Positions 52,856 to 62,862 of a stretch of 64,000 nt of DNA are shown piece after piece. The DNA comes from Trichormus sp. ATA11-4-KO1 (GTDB lineage: Bacteria > Cyanobacteriota > Cyanobacteriia > Cyanobacteriales > Nostocaceae), in NCBI GenBank assembly GCA_019358915.1, contig JAHHIM010000011.1, positions 1 to 64,000 of the forward strand, given 5' to 3'. The position numbers were made by a program, and so were the translations under genes. The notes under the pieces were generated by a model. The model was not told where the DNA came from, searched no databases, and saw nothing but the letters and a program-made list of their open reading frames with translations. Position 1 is the first letter of the stretch. Every line of letters starts with the position of its first letter.

Positions 52856-55327
52856 ATGGTTACGGTATATCAAAACACATTGGCTCAAGATTCTAAAGAA
52901 CGATCGCTCATTCTCTGGTTTGATGAAGTTGGTATTGCTGATATACCCCTAGTTGGTGGGAAGAATGCTTCACTGGGGGAAATGATTCAACAATTAACAC
53001 CCCAAGGCGTTAACGTTCCCACGGGATTTGCTACTACTGCTTATGCTTATCGGTATTTTATCCAATCAGCTGGGTTAGAAGAACAATTACGTGAACTGTT
53101 TGCGGATTTAGATGTTGAGGATGTCAAAAATTTAAAGTTACGCGGAAAAAAAGCGCGATCGCTACTAATGCATACACCTTTCCCGGGAGAATTGCGACAG
53201 GCGATCGTCACAGCTTACGAAAGTTTATGTGAACGGTACAATGCCGATACAGATGTCGCAGTCCGTTCCAGCGCCACTGCTGAAGACCTCCCTGATGCTA
53301 GTTTTGCCGGACAGCAGGAAAGCTACCTGAACGTTGTCGGTGTCGAAGGAGTTTTAGCAGCTTGTCATAAATGCTTTGCTTCCCTATTTACAGATCGCGC
53401 CATTTCTTATCGTCACGCCAAGGGATTCGACCATTTTAGTATTGCCCTGGCTGTCGGTGTGCAAAAAATGGTACGTTCTGACTTAGCCACCTCTGGGGTC
53501 ATGTTCTCCATTGATACGGAAACCGGTTTCAAAGATGTTGTACTGATTACAGCCGCCTACGGTTTAGGTGAAAACGTCGTCCAGGGAACTGTTAACCCCG
53601 ATGAATACTATGTTTTTAAGCCGACATTAAAAGCAGGCTTCCGCCCAATTATCGATAAAAAATTGGGCAGCAAAGAACTAAAAATGATTTATGATGACGG
53701 TTCTAAATTCACGAAAAATGTAGCCGTATCATCCACAGATCAAGGGAAATTTGCCCTAAGTGATGAAGAAATTTTACAACTAGCACATTGGGCGTGTTTA
53801 ATAGAAGACCATTATTCCCAAACCCACAATAGTTACTCCCCAATGGACATTGAGTGGGCTAAAGACGGAATTACCAATCAACTGTTTATTGTGCAAGCGC
53901 GTCCGGAAACCGTTCAGTCACAGAAGAAAGGTAACGTGTTGCGGAGTTATCATTTTGTGCTGGGGAATCAGGAATGGGGAATCGGGAAGGGGGAAAAATC
54001 TCACCCACTCCCTCTAGTCACAGGTCGTGCTGTCGGGGAAGCAATTAGTCAAGGTAAAGCGCACCTGATTTTAGATGTTCATAAAATCGACCAGTTTCAA
54101 GCTGGGGACGTGTTGGTCACAGAAAGAACAGACCCCGACTGGGAACCGATTATGAAACGCGCCAGTGCAATTGTGACTAACTCTGGTGGACGCACCTGCC
54201 ATGCAGCGATTATTGCGCGGGAATTGGGTGTACCTGCGATCGTGGGATGCGGTAATGCTACGGCAGTCCTAAAAAATGGTCAAGAAGTTACAATTTCTTG
54301 TGCTGAAGGGGAAGAAGGCAAGGTTTATGATGGCTTATTGCCATTTGAAGTTAAAGAAGTTCCTCTGGAGAACTTACCCCGCACCCGAACTCAAATATTA
54401 ATGAACGTGGGTAATCCTCAAGAAGCATTAAGTTTATCTGCGATTCCTAATGATGGGGTAGGTTTAGCGCGGACAGAATTTATTATTGCCAACCAAATCC
54501 AAATTCATCCCATGGCGTTGATTCACTATGACAAGTTAGAAGATGAATTTGTCAAAACTAAAATTAATCAAATCACTGCACTGTATGAGGATAAACCCCA
54601 GTATTTCGTAGATAAATTAGCCCAAGGCATAGGTAGAATTGCGGCAGCATTTTATCCTAAACCAGTGATTGTGCGTATGTCAGATTTCAAAAGTAATGAA
54701 TATGCCAATCTGTTGGGTGGTCAACAGTTTGAACCCAAAGAAGAAAACCCTATGCTGGGTTGGCGCGGAGCGGCACGTTACTATGATGAAGGCTACAGAG
54801 AAGCTTTTGCCCTGGAGTGTTATGCCATTCAGCGAGTCCGCGAAAATATGGGTTTAACCAATGTTATCCCGATGATTCCCTTCTGTCGCACTCCTCATGA
54901 GGGGCGTTTGGTGTTGGCAGAAATGGCAAAAAATGGTCTCAAACAGGGCGTTAATGATTTACAAGTTTATGTGATGTGTGAGTTGCCCAATAATGTGATT
55001 ATGGCCGAGGAGTTTGCCGAGGTATTTGATGGCTTCTCCATTGGTTCTAATGATCTGACTCAGCTAACACTAGGTATAGACAGGGATTCGGCATTGGTAG
55101 CGCGGTTGTTTGATGAACGCTGTCAGGGTGTGAAGCGCATGGTGAAAATGGCCATAGAATCCGCCAAAAAGCATAACCGCAAAATTGGTATTTGTGGACA
55201 AGCACCCAGCGATTACCCAGAATTTGCTCAGTTTTTAGTTGAACAAGGAATTGATTCTATCAGCCTGAATCCAGATTCGGTTTTAAAGACGATGCTGGAA
55301 GTGGCAAAAGTTGAGCTTAAGGACTAA
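52856..55327 (+). CDS. ppsA: Phosphoenolpyruvate synthase
   Basis: VGGKNASLGEM, VRSSATAED, GGRTCHAAI, GFSIGSNDLTQ. Confidence 0.96.
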   Translation: MVTVYQNTLAQDSKERSLILWFDEVGIADIPLVGGKNASLGEMIQQLTPQGVNVPTGFATTAYAYRYFIQSAGLEEQLRELFADLDVEDVKNLKLRGKKARSLLMHTPFPGELRQAIVTAYESLCERYNADTDVAVRSSATAEDLPDASFAGQQESYLNVVGVEGVLAACHKCFASLFTDRAISYRHAKGFDHFSIALAVGVQKMVRSDLATSGVMFSIDTETGFKDVVLITAAYGLGENVVQGTVNPDEYYVFKPTLKAGFRPIIDKKLGSKELKMIYDDGSKFTKNVAVSSTDQGKFALSDEEILQLAHWACLIEDHYSQTHNSYSPMDIEWAKDGITNQLFIVQARPETVQSQKKGNVLRSYHFVLGNQEWGIGKGEKSHPLPLVTGRAVGEAISQGKAHLILDVHKIDQFQAGDVLVTERTDPDWEPIMKRASAIVTNSGGRTCHAAIIARELGVPAIVGCGNATAVLKNGQEVTISCAEGEEGKVYDGLLPFEVKEVPLENLPRTRTQILMNVGNPQEALSLSAIPNDGVGLARTEFIIANQIQIHPMALIHYDKLEDEFVKTKINQITALYEDKPQYFVDKLAQGIGRIAAAFYPKPVIVRMSDFKSNEYANLLGGQQFEPKEENPMLGWRGAARYYDEGYREAFALECYAIQRVRENMGLTNVIPMIPFCRTPHEGRLVLAEMAKNGLKQGVNDLQVYVMCELPNNVIMAEEFAEVFDGFSIGSNDLTQLTLGIDRDSALVARLFDERCQGVKRMVKMAIESAKKHNRKIGICGQAPSDYPEFAQFLVEQGIDSISLNPDSVLKTMLEVAKVELKD

Positions 55328-55348
55328 AGTCCTGACTACGAACAATTC

Positions 55349-55379
55349 AGCCTGTCACTTTTAGACAGGCTATATTTTT
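55349..55379 (+). terminator. Probable rho-independent terminator
   Basis: AGCCTGTC/GACAGGCT stem followed by an AT/T-rich tail. Confidence 0.55.
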
Positions 55380-55392
55380 ATATTAAAGTTAG

Positions 55393-57156
55393 ATGTTCTC
55401 AAAAAAATTAATAATGAGTACAACAACAACTCAGCCGAAACGATTAGATCCTCAGTTGTGGCAGAAGTTTGTGAAGCTGGCCAAACCCTACTGGTTTTCA
55501 GAAAAAAAGTGGCAAGCTAGGGGACTATTAGTTTTATTGCTAGTCCTTGCGTTAGTAGTTAATGGCATTAATGTCAGTATTAGTTTTATTTTTCGTAATA
55601 TTGATACTTCACTGGCACGGTTTCCCGAAACTCAAGACGCGTCAACTTTTTGGCGATTTATCACAATTTATGCTGGTCTGTTGGTCGTTGGGACTCCGAT
55701 TGTTGTCATGTTTAGCTATATCCAAGACAAGTTGGGATTGCAATGGCGGGAGTGGCTGACGAATTATTTTTTAGATAAATATTTCCAAAATCGTGCTTAT
55801 TACCAGATTAATTTTAATGAGAATATTGATAACCCAGACCAGCGAATTGCTGAAGATATCAGGTCATTTACTCGTACCAGTTTATCTTTTTCATTGCTGA
55901 TTTTGACATCAATTATTACTTTAATTTCTTTTACTGGAGTTCTATTATCTATCTCGGTATCTCTATCGGTGGCACTGGTAGTCTACGCTATTTTAGGGAC
56001 AGTGGTAACAGCTTGGATTGGTCAACGATTAATTGGCATTAACTTCAATCAACTCAAACGAGAGGCTGACTTTCGTTATGGTTTAGTGCATGTGCGAGAT
56101 AATGCCGAATCGATTGCTTTTTATCAAGGTGAAGCAGAAGAAATAGTACAGCTAAAACAGCGCTTTATGCGGGCGATTCGCAACTTTGATTTGTTGATCA
56201 ACTGGCAACGTAACTTAGGTTTTTTTACAACAAGCTATAACTATTTTGTTTCAGCACTGCCTTACTTGGTGATTGCACCTATCTACTTTGCCGGCGATAC
56301 CGAATTTGGGACATTTACTCAAGCCGCGATCGCCTTCCAACAAATTTTTAGTGCTTTATCTGTGGTAGTGGGTCAGTTTGAAAATTTAACTGCTTTTGCT
56401 GCTGGAATTGAACGGATGGGTGACTTAGCTGAGGCGCTGGAAAATCCGGACCAAAAACAGCCAGGAATGACGACTATCGATGTGAGAGAAGATTCGCAGT
56501 TAGCGTTACGTCATGTCACTCTGTTGACTCCCAACTATGAACGCACTTTAGTGAGGGATTTACCATTCAGCTTACAGCCAGGAGAAGGTTTGGTAATTGT
56601 CGGTAACAGTGGTAGCGGTAAGAGTTCTTTATTAAGAGCGATCGCGGGATTATGGAATGCGGGTACTGGTCAAATTATCCGTCCTTCTCTATCAGAAATC
56701 ATGTTTTTACCCCAACGTCCTTATATGGTGTTGGGTTCTCTGCGCAGTCAGTTACTCTACCCCAACTCCGACAATGATATCAGCGAAACTAAGATGCGCC
56801 ATGTCTTAGAAGAGGTGAATTTGGCAGAGTTACCAGAACGAGTTGGCGGTTTTGATATCGAGTTAGACTGGGCAAATGTGCTTTCTTTAGGTGAACAACA
56901 GCGTCTGGCTTTTGCGCGACTGCTGCTGAGTATGCCTAATTATGTCATCCTGGATGAAGCCACAAGTGCGCTGGATTTGGCTAATGAAAAGAACCTTTAT
57001 CAGCAACTTAAGGCAAAGGGAACTACATTGGTCAGCGTGGGACATCGCCCTAGTTTGTTGCAGTACCATGAGTACGTGCTAGAGCTGGATGGTAGCTCTA
57101 ATTGGCGGTTGTTACCTATGCAAGAATATACTGTGAATTTGAATGCTTTTAGTTAA
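55393..57156 (+). CDS. ABC transporter fused permease/ATPase (ABCD/YddA-like)
   Basis: DNPDQRI, EADFRY, GNSGSGKSS, LSLGEQQR, LDEATSALD. Confidence 0.92.
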   Translation: MFSKKLIMSTTTTQPKRLDPQLWQKFVKLAKPYWFSEKKWQARGLLVLLLVLALVVNGINVSISFIFRNIDTSLARFPETQDASTFWRFITIYAGLLVVGTPIVVMFSYIQDKLGLQWREWLTNYFLDKYFQNRAYYQINFNENIDNPDQRIAEDIRSFTRTSLSFSLLILTSIITLISFTGVLLSISVSLSVALVVYAILGTVVTAWIGQRLIGINFNQLKREADFRYGLVHVRDNAESIAFYQGEAEEIVQLKQRFMRAIRNFDLLINWQRNLGFFTTSYNYFVSALPYLVIAPIYFAGDTEFGTFTQAAIAFQQIFSALSVVVGQFENLTAFAAGIERMGDLAEALENPDQKQPGMTTIDVREDSQLALRHVTLLTPNYERTLVRDLPFSLQPGEGLVIVGNSGSGKSSLLRAIAGLWNAGTGQIIRPSLSEIMFLPQRPYMVLGSLRSQLLYPNSDNDISETKMRHVLEEVNLAELPERVGGFDIELDWANVLSLGEQQRLAFARLLLSMPNYVILDEATSALDLANEKNLYQQLKAKGTTLVSVGHRPSLLQYHEYVLELDGSSNWRLLPMQEYTVNLNAFS

Positions 57157-57380
57157 TTTTCTAGCTCAGCTTGTTGACACTGCAACTGTTGCACGACTTC
57201 AATGGATAAACCAGTGATCCGAGCGATCGCTTCAATTGTCATTCCTTCTGCTAGTAAGTTGATAGCAATTTGCTGGGCTTTCTCCCGACTACCTTCTTGT
57301 CTACCTTCTTGTCTACCTTCTTGTCTACCTTCTTCGAGACCTTCAGTTTTAATCAGTTGATAAATCACTGATTCGCGCAT
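57153..57380 (-). CDS. Predicted internally initiated small C-terminal protein (RpnS-like, 75 aa)
   Basis: In-frame ATG (MRESVIYQ) preceded by GGAGG at 6-nt spacing inside rpn. Confidence 0.55.
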   Translation of the reverse strand: MRESVIYQLIKTEGLEEGRQEGRQEGRQEGSREKAQQIAINLLAEGMTIEAIARITGLSIEVVQQLQCQQAELEN

Positions 57381-57968
57381 AATATCCCTCCGCAGTAAGC
57401 GTTGAATCACTTCTTGTTTCAATACTAACCCAGCTAAAACTGCTGTTGATGCTGTCAAATTACTTTGCATTCGACGGTCAGCAATGTTGTTAATTTCATC
57501 AGCCACAGCTTGTAATGTGCTACTTTGATTATGCGTATTACTTAACACCGCAAAAGGCAGTAATCCTGTTGTTCTTAAAAATACCTCTGTTGGTTGTTCC
57601 CACAAGCGGATTACCGTAAATTCATGCTGTAAGCTGTCGATACTAAATGTTGTTTTATATACCTCTTCTGATGTGGTCTCGGTTAAATAAATCACTACTT
57701 GACGCATGTGTTTTTGGGGAAAGCGTCGATACACTCGCAAACGATAGTCTGCCATGCGGAAGGGGATCGATGCATCAGGCTGGGTTTGGAACTCCAGATG
57801 TAGAACCACTTCGTCTGATTGCAGTAATATCAGCGCGTCTGCACGGATCGGTTCTAAAGATAATTCCTTGGGACTTAACTGTGTTAAATCTATGGGTGTT
57901 CCCAAAAGCCATGTAGCGAAGTCGGTCGCAAATGTTTCCGCGATGAACTTGCAGATGTTATCAAACAT
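57153..57968 (-). CDS. Rpn-family PD-(D/E)xK nuclease / putative transposase
   Basis: MFDNICKF, IRADALI...LHLEFQT, FRMADY; (GRQE)x3 C-terminal repeat. Confidence 0.88.
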   Translation of the reverse strand: MFDNICKFIAETFATDFATWLLGTPIDLTQLSPKELSLEPIRADALILLQSDEVVLHLEFQTQPDASIPFRMADYRLRVYRRFPQKHMRQVVIYLTETTSEEVYKTTFSIDSLQHEFTVIRLWEQPTEVFLRTTGLLPFAVLSNTHNQSSTLQAVADEINNIADRRMQSNLTASTAVLAGLVLKQEVIQRLLRRDIMRESVIYQLIKTEGLEEGRQEGRQEGRQEGSREKAQQIAINLLAEGMTIEAIARITGLSIEVVQQLQCQQAELEN

Positions 57969-58086
57969 GGACAGATTTTATCACTTGATGGATACTCATC
58001 GTTAGGGCAAACCAATCGAACTGCTCCTGTTCTAACTAGATGCATCTGAAATAATAGAACGAAGGAAAGCTACCGACTATTGACAA

Positions 58087-59622
58087 ATGACTAAAAAATG
58101 GTTCCAAATTGGTATCGCAGGTGTATTTCTCCTATCAGTCGCTTTACGGTTTTGGGGACTAGAGCGATTTAATACTCTGGTATTTGATGAAGTTTACTTT
58201 GCCAAATTTGGTAATAACTACCTGACCAATACGCCATTTTTTAACGCACATCCGCCACTGAGTCAATATATTATTGCCATAGGGATGTGGATTGGTAGTC
58301 ATCTTCCCTTTGGACAAGATACGGTAAATGGGCTAACAGGTTCATGGCGATCGCCTTGGAGTTATCGTTGGTTAAATGCCCTCACTGGCTCATTTATTCC
58401 TTTAGTTGTCACCGCAATTGCTTATCAATTGAGTCACCGTCGTAGCTTTGCTTTCCTCGCAGGTTTATGTACAGCTTGTGATGGTTTATTTCTGGTTGAA
58501 TCTCGCTATGCCTTGAACAATATTTATATTGTCATCTTTGGTTTATTGGGGCAGTGGTTTTTATTACTGGCGTTGGATCATCAAAAACAGCAACGTTCTT
58601 GGTGGTTAGTTTTAGCTGGTATTAATTTTGGTGCATCAGCTGCCACAAAATGGAATGGCTTATGGTTTTTGTTGGGTGCTTATCTGATTTGGATAGCAGC
58701 TTTTATAATTTATGGAATGCAATCTTTTCCTCGCATTCAAATTACTTTGATATCTCCTTTATTTATAGGGAGACAAATAAAAAATTTTATTCATGAATGG
58801 CATCGGAATTGGAGTGATATCAAGCAAAAATCCCCAGAAATTACAGAGCAAACACCACTACAAAATTTGATTCAGCTAAATGTTTTCCAGATGCTGTTTT
58901 ATCTGGGAATTATTCCTGCTTTAGTTTATAGCTTAATTTGGATTCCCCATCTACAGCTAGATCAAAGGTATGGATTTATTGCAGTTCATCAGAAAATTTT
59001 GCAGTTTCACCTGCAATTGGGTGGCAATAGTCCTAATGTGCATCCTTACTGTGCTGCGTGGTACAAATGGCCGTTAATGACTCGACCGATGGCATATTAT
59101 TATCAAACAAGTCACAGTCTTACTGATCCGTTGCCTGTATTGGGGCCTCCATTGCCTTCTGGTACTGGGAAAGTGATTTATGATGTCCATGCAATGGGGA
59201 ATCCCTTTTTATGGTGGTTTGGTGTCGCTGCCATTTTATTTTTAGCAGGGATGTTGATGTTACAAGTGATGATTCCTTGGATAAAACAAACAAAAACATC
59301 TTTACCTGCAAGGCTTTCTGTTGATATTTGGATTGCCCTATATTTAGTTTTAAATTATGCCGCTAACTTATTACCTTGGGTGAAGGTAACACGCTGCGTT
59401 TTTATTTATCATTATATGTCTGCTGTGGTGTTTACATTTTTAGCGATCGCCTGGTTTGTAGACCAATGTTTACGCAGTTATTACCGCGAAATTCGGGCTA
59501 TCGGTGTCACGATTATATTTCTGATTCTGGGTGCTTTTGTTTTCTGGATGCCTATTTATTTAGGTTTACCTCTATCCTCTAATGCTTATAAAATGTTGAT
59601 GTGGTTTAACTCTTGGATTTAA
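58087..59622 (+). CDS. Dolichyl-phosphate-mannose-protein mannosyltransferase family (GT39)
   Basis: VFDEVYF, HPPL, ATKWNG, HPY...W.W, FIYHY motifs. Confidence 0.9.
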   Translation: MTKKWFQIGIAGVFLLSVALRFWGLERFNTLVFDEVYFAKFGNNYLTNTPFFNAHPPLSQYIIAIGMWIGSHLPFGQDTVNGLTGSWRSPWSYRWLNALTGSFIPLVVTAIAYQLSHRRSFAFLAGLCTACDGLFLVESRYALNNIYIVIFGLLGQWFLLLALDHQKQQRSWWLVLAGINFGASAATKWNGLWFLLGAYLIWIAAFIIYGMQSFPRIQITLISPLFIGRQIKNFIHEWHRNWSDIKQKSPEITEQTPLQNLIQLNVFQMLFYLGIIPALVYSLIWIPHLQLDQRYGFIAVHQKILQFHLQLGGNSPNVHPYCAAWYKWPLMTRPMAYYYQTSHSLTDPLPVLGPPLPSGTGKVIYDVHAMGNPFLWWFGVAAILFLAGMLMLQVMIPWIKQTKTSLPARLSVDIWIALYLVLNYAANLLPWVKVTRCVFIYHYMSAVVFTFLAIAWFVDQCLRSYYREIRAIGVTIIFLILGAFVFWMPIYLGLPLSSNAYKMLMWFNSWI

Positions 59623-60064
59623 CCACAGCGACGAGCAAGGATGCCCCTTGTTTCTTACAATCTATAATCTATATCTATTTTTCTTACTTAACATAGCTAC
59701 ATATATTATGAGTTATTTAATCACCTATTTTTTTACATTTCTTATGCGGATATTGGTTAACTGACTGTTAAACTGTAAAACGCAAAGCAGGATTGTCAAG
59801 CTAAAAATTAGCTGTCTAACAAAATTCTTATTAGGGTAGGAATAGTATATTAGACATTAAATTAAGTATGGTGAATGAGAAAGGGGAAATATTTTTAAAC
59901 TTTTTCATTCTTTAGTTTCTGCCAATTATGCTTTGTTCATTTACTTGTTGCTGTACATAAAAAAATATAAATAACATACATCTAAGTAGTGTTATAAACC
60001 CGATAGGTAATAAAAACCCATATACTCTACTTGTGATGCTCCCAGTCAACAGAGGAGGATCTTA

Positions 60065-62362
60065 ATGAATATTGAATTAGAACTGCCAGGGATTAACGTA
60101 GCTAGCTTAAAAGAAGCTCCTATTCATCTTTTTAAACATATTCAACCTCATGGGATACTTTTAGTCTTAGAAGAGCCTGATTTAAAAATATTACAAGTTA
60201 GTAATAATACTTGGAAGATTTTCGGTATCAATCCCGAAGATATTTTACAGAAAAAACTCGAAGACTTACTCGATTCATTTCAAATCGAGAGAATTAAATC
60301 AGGGGTATCACAAGGCAATCTGGAATTTGCCAATCCCACTAAAATATGGGTGAGAAAAAAAGGTGATGATTACGTAGTATTTGACGCAGTTTTTCACCGG
60401 AATACAGAAGGATTTTTAATTTTAGAACTAGAACCTGCTATTTCTAGTGAAAATATCCCATTCTTAAGCTTTTATCATCTAGCTAAAGCTTCTATTAACC
60501 AATTAGAAAAAACAGCAAATTTACATGACTTTTGCCAAATAATTGTGCAAGAAGTGCGAAAAGTCACCGGGTTTGATCGGGTGATGTTATATAAATTTGA
60601 TGATGATGGACATGGTTCGGTCATCGCTGAAGAAAAGCTAGAAAATATGGAACCCTACTTAGGATTGCATTATCCTGAGTCAGATATCCCGAAACCAGCA
60701 AGAAAATTATTTGTTGCCAATTCCATCAGAATCATCCCCGATTCTCATGCTCAATCGGTGCAAATTATACCTGCTCTGAATCCGGTTAGCGATCGCCCTA
60801 TTGATTTAACTAACTCGATTCTCAGAAGTGCCGCTACTTGCCATATGGAGTACTTACACAATATGGGTGTAGGTTCTTCGTTAACTATATCTTTGATTAA
60901 AGACCAAAAACTTTGGGGACTAATTGCTTGTCATCATCAGTCACCTAAATATGTTTCTTATGAATTGCGGAAAGCTTGTGAATTCTTGGGACGAGTGATA
61001 TTTTCGGAAATTTCAGCCAGAGAAGAAACCGAAGATTACGACTATCGCATGAATTTGACATATATTCAGACAAAGTTAGTGGAATATATGTCCCAAGAGG
61101 AAAACTTCATTGATGGACTAGTTAAAAATCAGCCGAATCTTTTGGATTTAACCAGCGCTCAAGGTGCAGCTGTATGTTTTGGTGAACAATGTACAGTAAT
61201 TGGTGAAACTCCCAAACCAGAAGATTTAAATTTTTTAGTGCAGTGGCTGAAGAATAATGTTGACGATGAAGTGTTTTATACAGATTCTTTGCCGCAAATT
61301 TATCCAGATGCCGAAAGATTCAAAAATGTTGCCAGTGGTTTATTAGCTATTCCCATTTCCCAACGAAATTTTGTTTTGTGGTTCCGACCGGAAGTCATTC
61401 AAACTGTGAATTGGGGTGGTGATCCTAATAAAGCATTTGAAGTCAGCCACTCAGACGGGAATGTCCGCTTGTGTCCACGGAAATCATTTGAACTGTGGAA
61501 AGAAACTGTCCGGCTAACGTCTTTACCGTGGCGATATGTGGAAGTAAAAGCCGCACTGGAATTGCGGAAAGCAATTGTGAATATTGTCCTGCGCCAAGCC
61601 GATGAACTAGCACAATTAGCTCATGACTTAGAACGTTCCAACGCCGAACTGAAAAAGTTTGCCTATGTCGCCTCCCATGACTTGCAAGAACCGCTTAATC
61701 AAGTAGCGAATTACGTGCAACTATTAGAGATGCGCTACGAAGATGAGCTAGATGCAGATGCTAAAGAGTTTATTACCTACGCCGTCGATGGAGTCAGCTT
61801 AATGCAGACCTTGATCGATGACGTGTTGGTATATTCCAAAGTAGATACTCAGGCGATCGCATTTCAACTAACCGAAGTCGAAACAGCCTTAGAACGTGCT
61901 TTGGGCAATTTACGCCAACGCATTACAGAAACTGGCGCTACGATTACCCATGACTCCTTACCCACTGTTTTGGCTGGTAGCACCCAACTGATGCAGCTAT
62001 TTCAGAACCTGATTGCCAACGCCATCAAATTCCGTAGTGATCAACCACCACAAATTCACGTAGGTGCAGAAAGACTAGAAGATGAGTGGTTATTTTGGGT
62101 ACGAGATAACGGTATAGGCATTGATCCACAATTTAGCGATCGCATTTTTGTCATCTTTCAACGCTTGCACACGCGAGATGAATATCCCGGTACAGGTATG
62201 GGTTTAGCTATCTGTAAAAAAATTATTGAGTGCCACCGGGGGCGCATTTGGGTAGAATCACAACTTGGTGAAGGTGCAACCTTCTATTTTACGATTCCAG
62301 TCGGAGGACGTGACCGTGAGCGTAGAAACGGCAGAAAAACACAAAACAATCTTTTTGGTTGA
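60065..62362 (+). CDS. aphA: Cph1-type phytochrome (PAS-GAF-PHY-histidine kinase)
   Basis: IQPHG, YPESDIP, CH motif (Cys codon 60839), [14 protein letters not shown]. Confidence 0.92.
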   Translation: MNIELELPGINVASLKEAPIHLFKHIQPHGILLVLEEPDLKILQVSNNTWKIFGINPEDILQKKLEDLLDSFQIERIKSGVSQGNLEFANPTKIWVRKKGDDYVVFDAVFHRNTEGFLILELEPAISSENIPFLSFYHLAKASINQLEKTANLHDFCQIIVQEVRKVTGFDRVMLYKFDDDGHGSVIAEEKLENMEPYLGLHYPESDIPKPARKLFVANSIRIIPDSHAQSVQIIPALNPVSDRPIDLTNSILRSAATCHMEYLHNMGVGSSLTISLIKDQKLWGLIACHHQSPKYVSYELRKACEFLGRVIFSEISAREETEDYDYRMNLTYIQTKLVEYMSQEENFIDGLVKNQPNLLDLTSAQGAAVCFGEQCTVIGETPKPEDLNFLVQWLKNNVDDEVFYTDSLPQIYPDAERFKNVASGLLAIPISQRNFVLWFRPEVIQTVNWGGDPNKAFEVSHSDGNVRLCPRKSFELWKETVRLTSLPWRYVEVKAALELRKAIVNIVLRQADELAQLAHDLERSNAELKKFAYVASHDLQEPLNQVANYVQLLEMRYEDELDADAKEFITYAVDGVSLMQTLIDDVLVYSKVDTQAIAFQLTEVETALERALGNLRQRITETGATITHDSLPTVLAGSTQLMQLFQNLIANAIKFRSDQPPQIHVGAERLEDEWLFWVRDNGIGIDPQFSDRIFVIFQRLHTRDEYPGTGMGLAICKKIIECHRGRIWVESQLGEGATFYFTIPVGGRDRERRNGRKTQNNLFG

Positions 62363-62762
62363 GGACAATAAAGCCGACGTTCGTCTCATCCAAGAAGCAT
62401 TGAAAAATAGCTTAATACCGCATCAAGTGGTAACAGTTAGGGATGGCATGGACGCGATGGCTTTTTTACGCCAGGAGGGTGAGTATGCTGATGCACCTCG
62501 CCCTGACCTAATTCTGCTAGATTTAAACTTGCCTAAAAAAGATGGTCGAGAGGTGTTGGCAGAAATTAAAGCTGACCCTACACTGAAACGGATTCCTGTA
62601 GTAGTTTTAACAACCTCAAGAAATGAGGATGACATTTTCCACAGTTATGACTTGCATGTGAACTGCTACATAACCAAATCCCGCAATCTCAGTCAGCTTT
62701 TCCAAATTGTCAAAGGAATTGAAGATTTTTGGCTGTCCACTGTCACCCTACCTTCGGAGTGA
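62316..62762 (+). CDS. Phytochrome-cognate response regulator (Rcp1/RcpA-like)
   Basis: [16 protein letters not shown]-terminal FWL..V.LP; GGAGG RBS at 62303; overlaps the phytochrome 3' end. Confidence 0.9.
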   Translation: MSVETAEKHKTIFLVEDNKADVRLIQEALKNSLIPHQVVTVRDGMDAMAFLRQEGEYADAPRPDLILLDLNLPKKDGREVLAEIKADPTLKRIPVVVLTTSRNEDDIFHSYDLHVNCYITKSRNLSQLFQIVKGIEDFWLSTVTLPSE

Positions 62763-62862
62763 TGGGGGATGGAGTAATGGGGAAATCAGGGAGATGGAAA
62801 TAACAATTCCTAACTCACCACTCTTAAGATAGAGGGGCAACAGGGGGTGAAACCGAAAGATT

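Noticed and set aside
57153..57968. Rpn gene as an IS element
   Set aside because: No terminal inverted repeats or target duplication seen around it
62265..62315. 165-aa start for the response regulator
   Set aside because: RBS position and domain boundary favour GTG at 62316 (or 62310)
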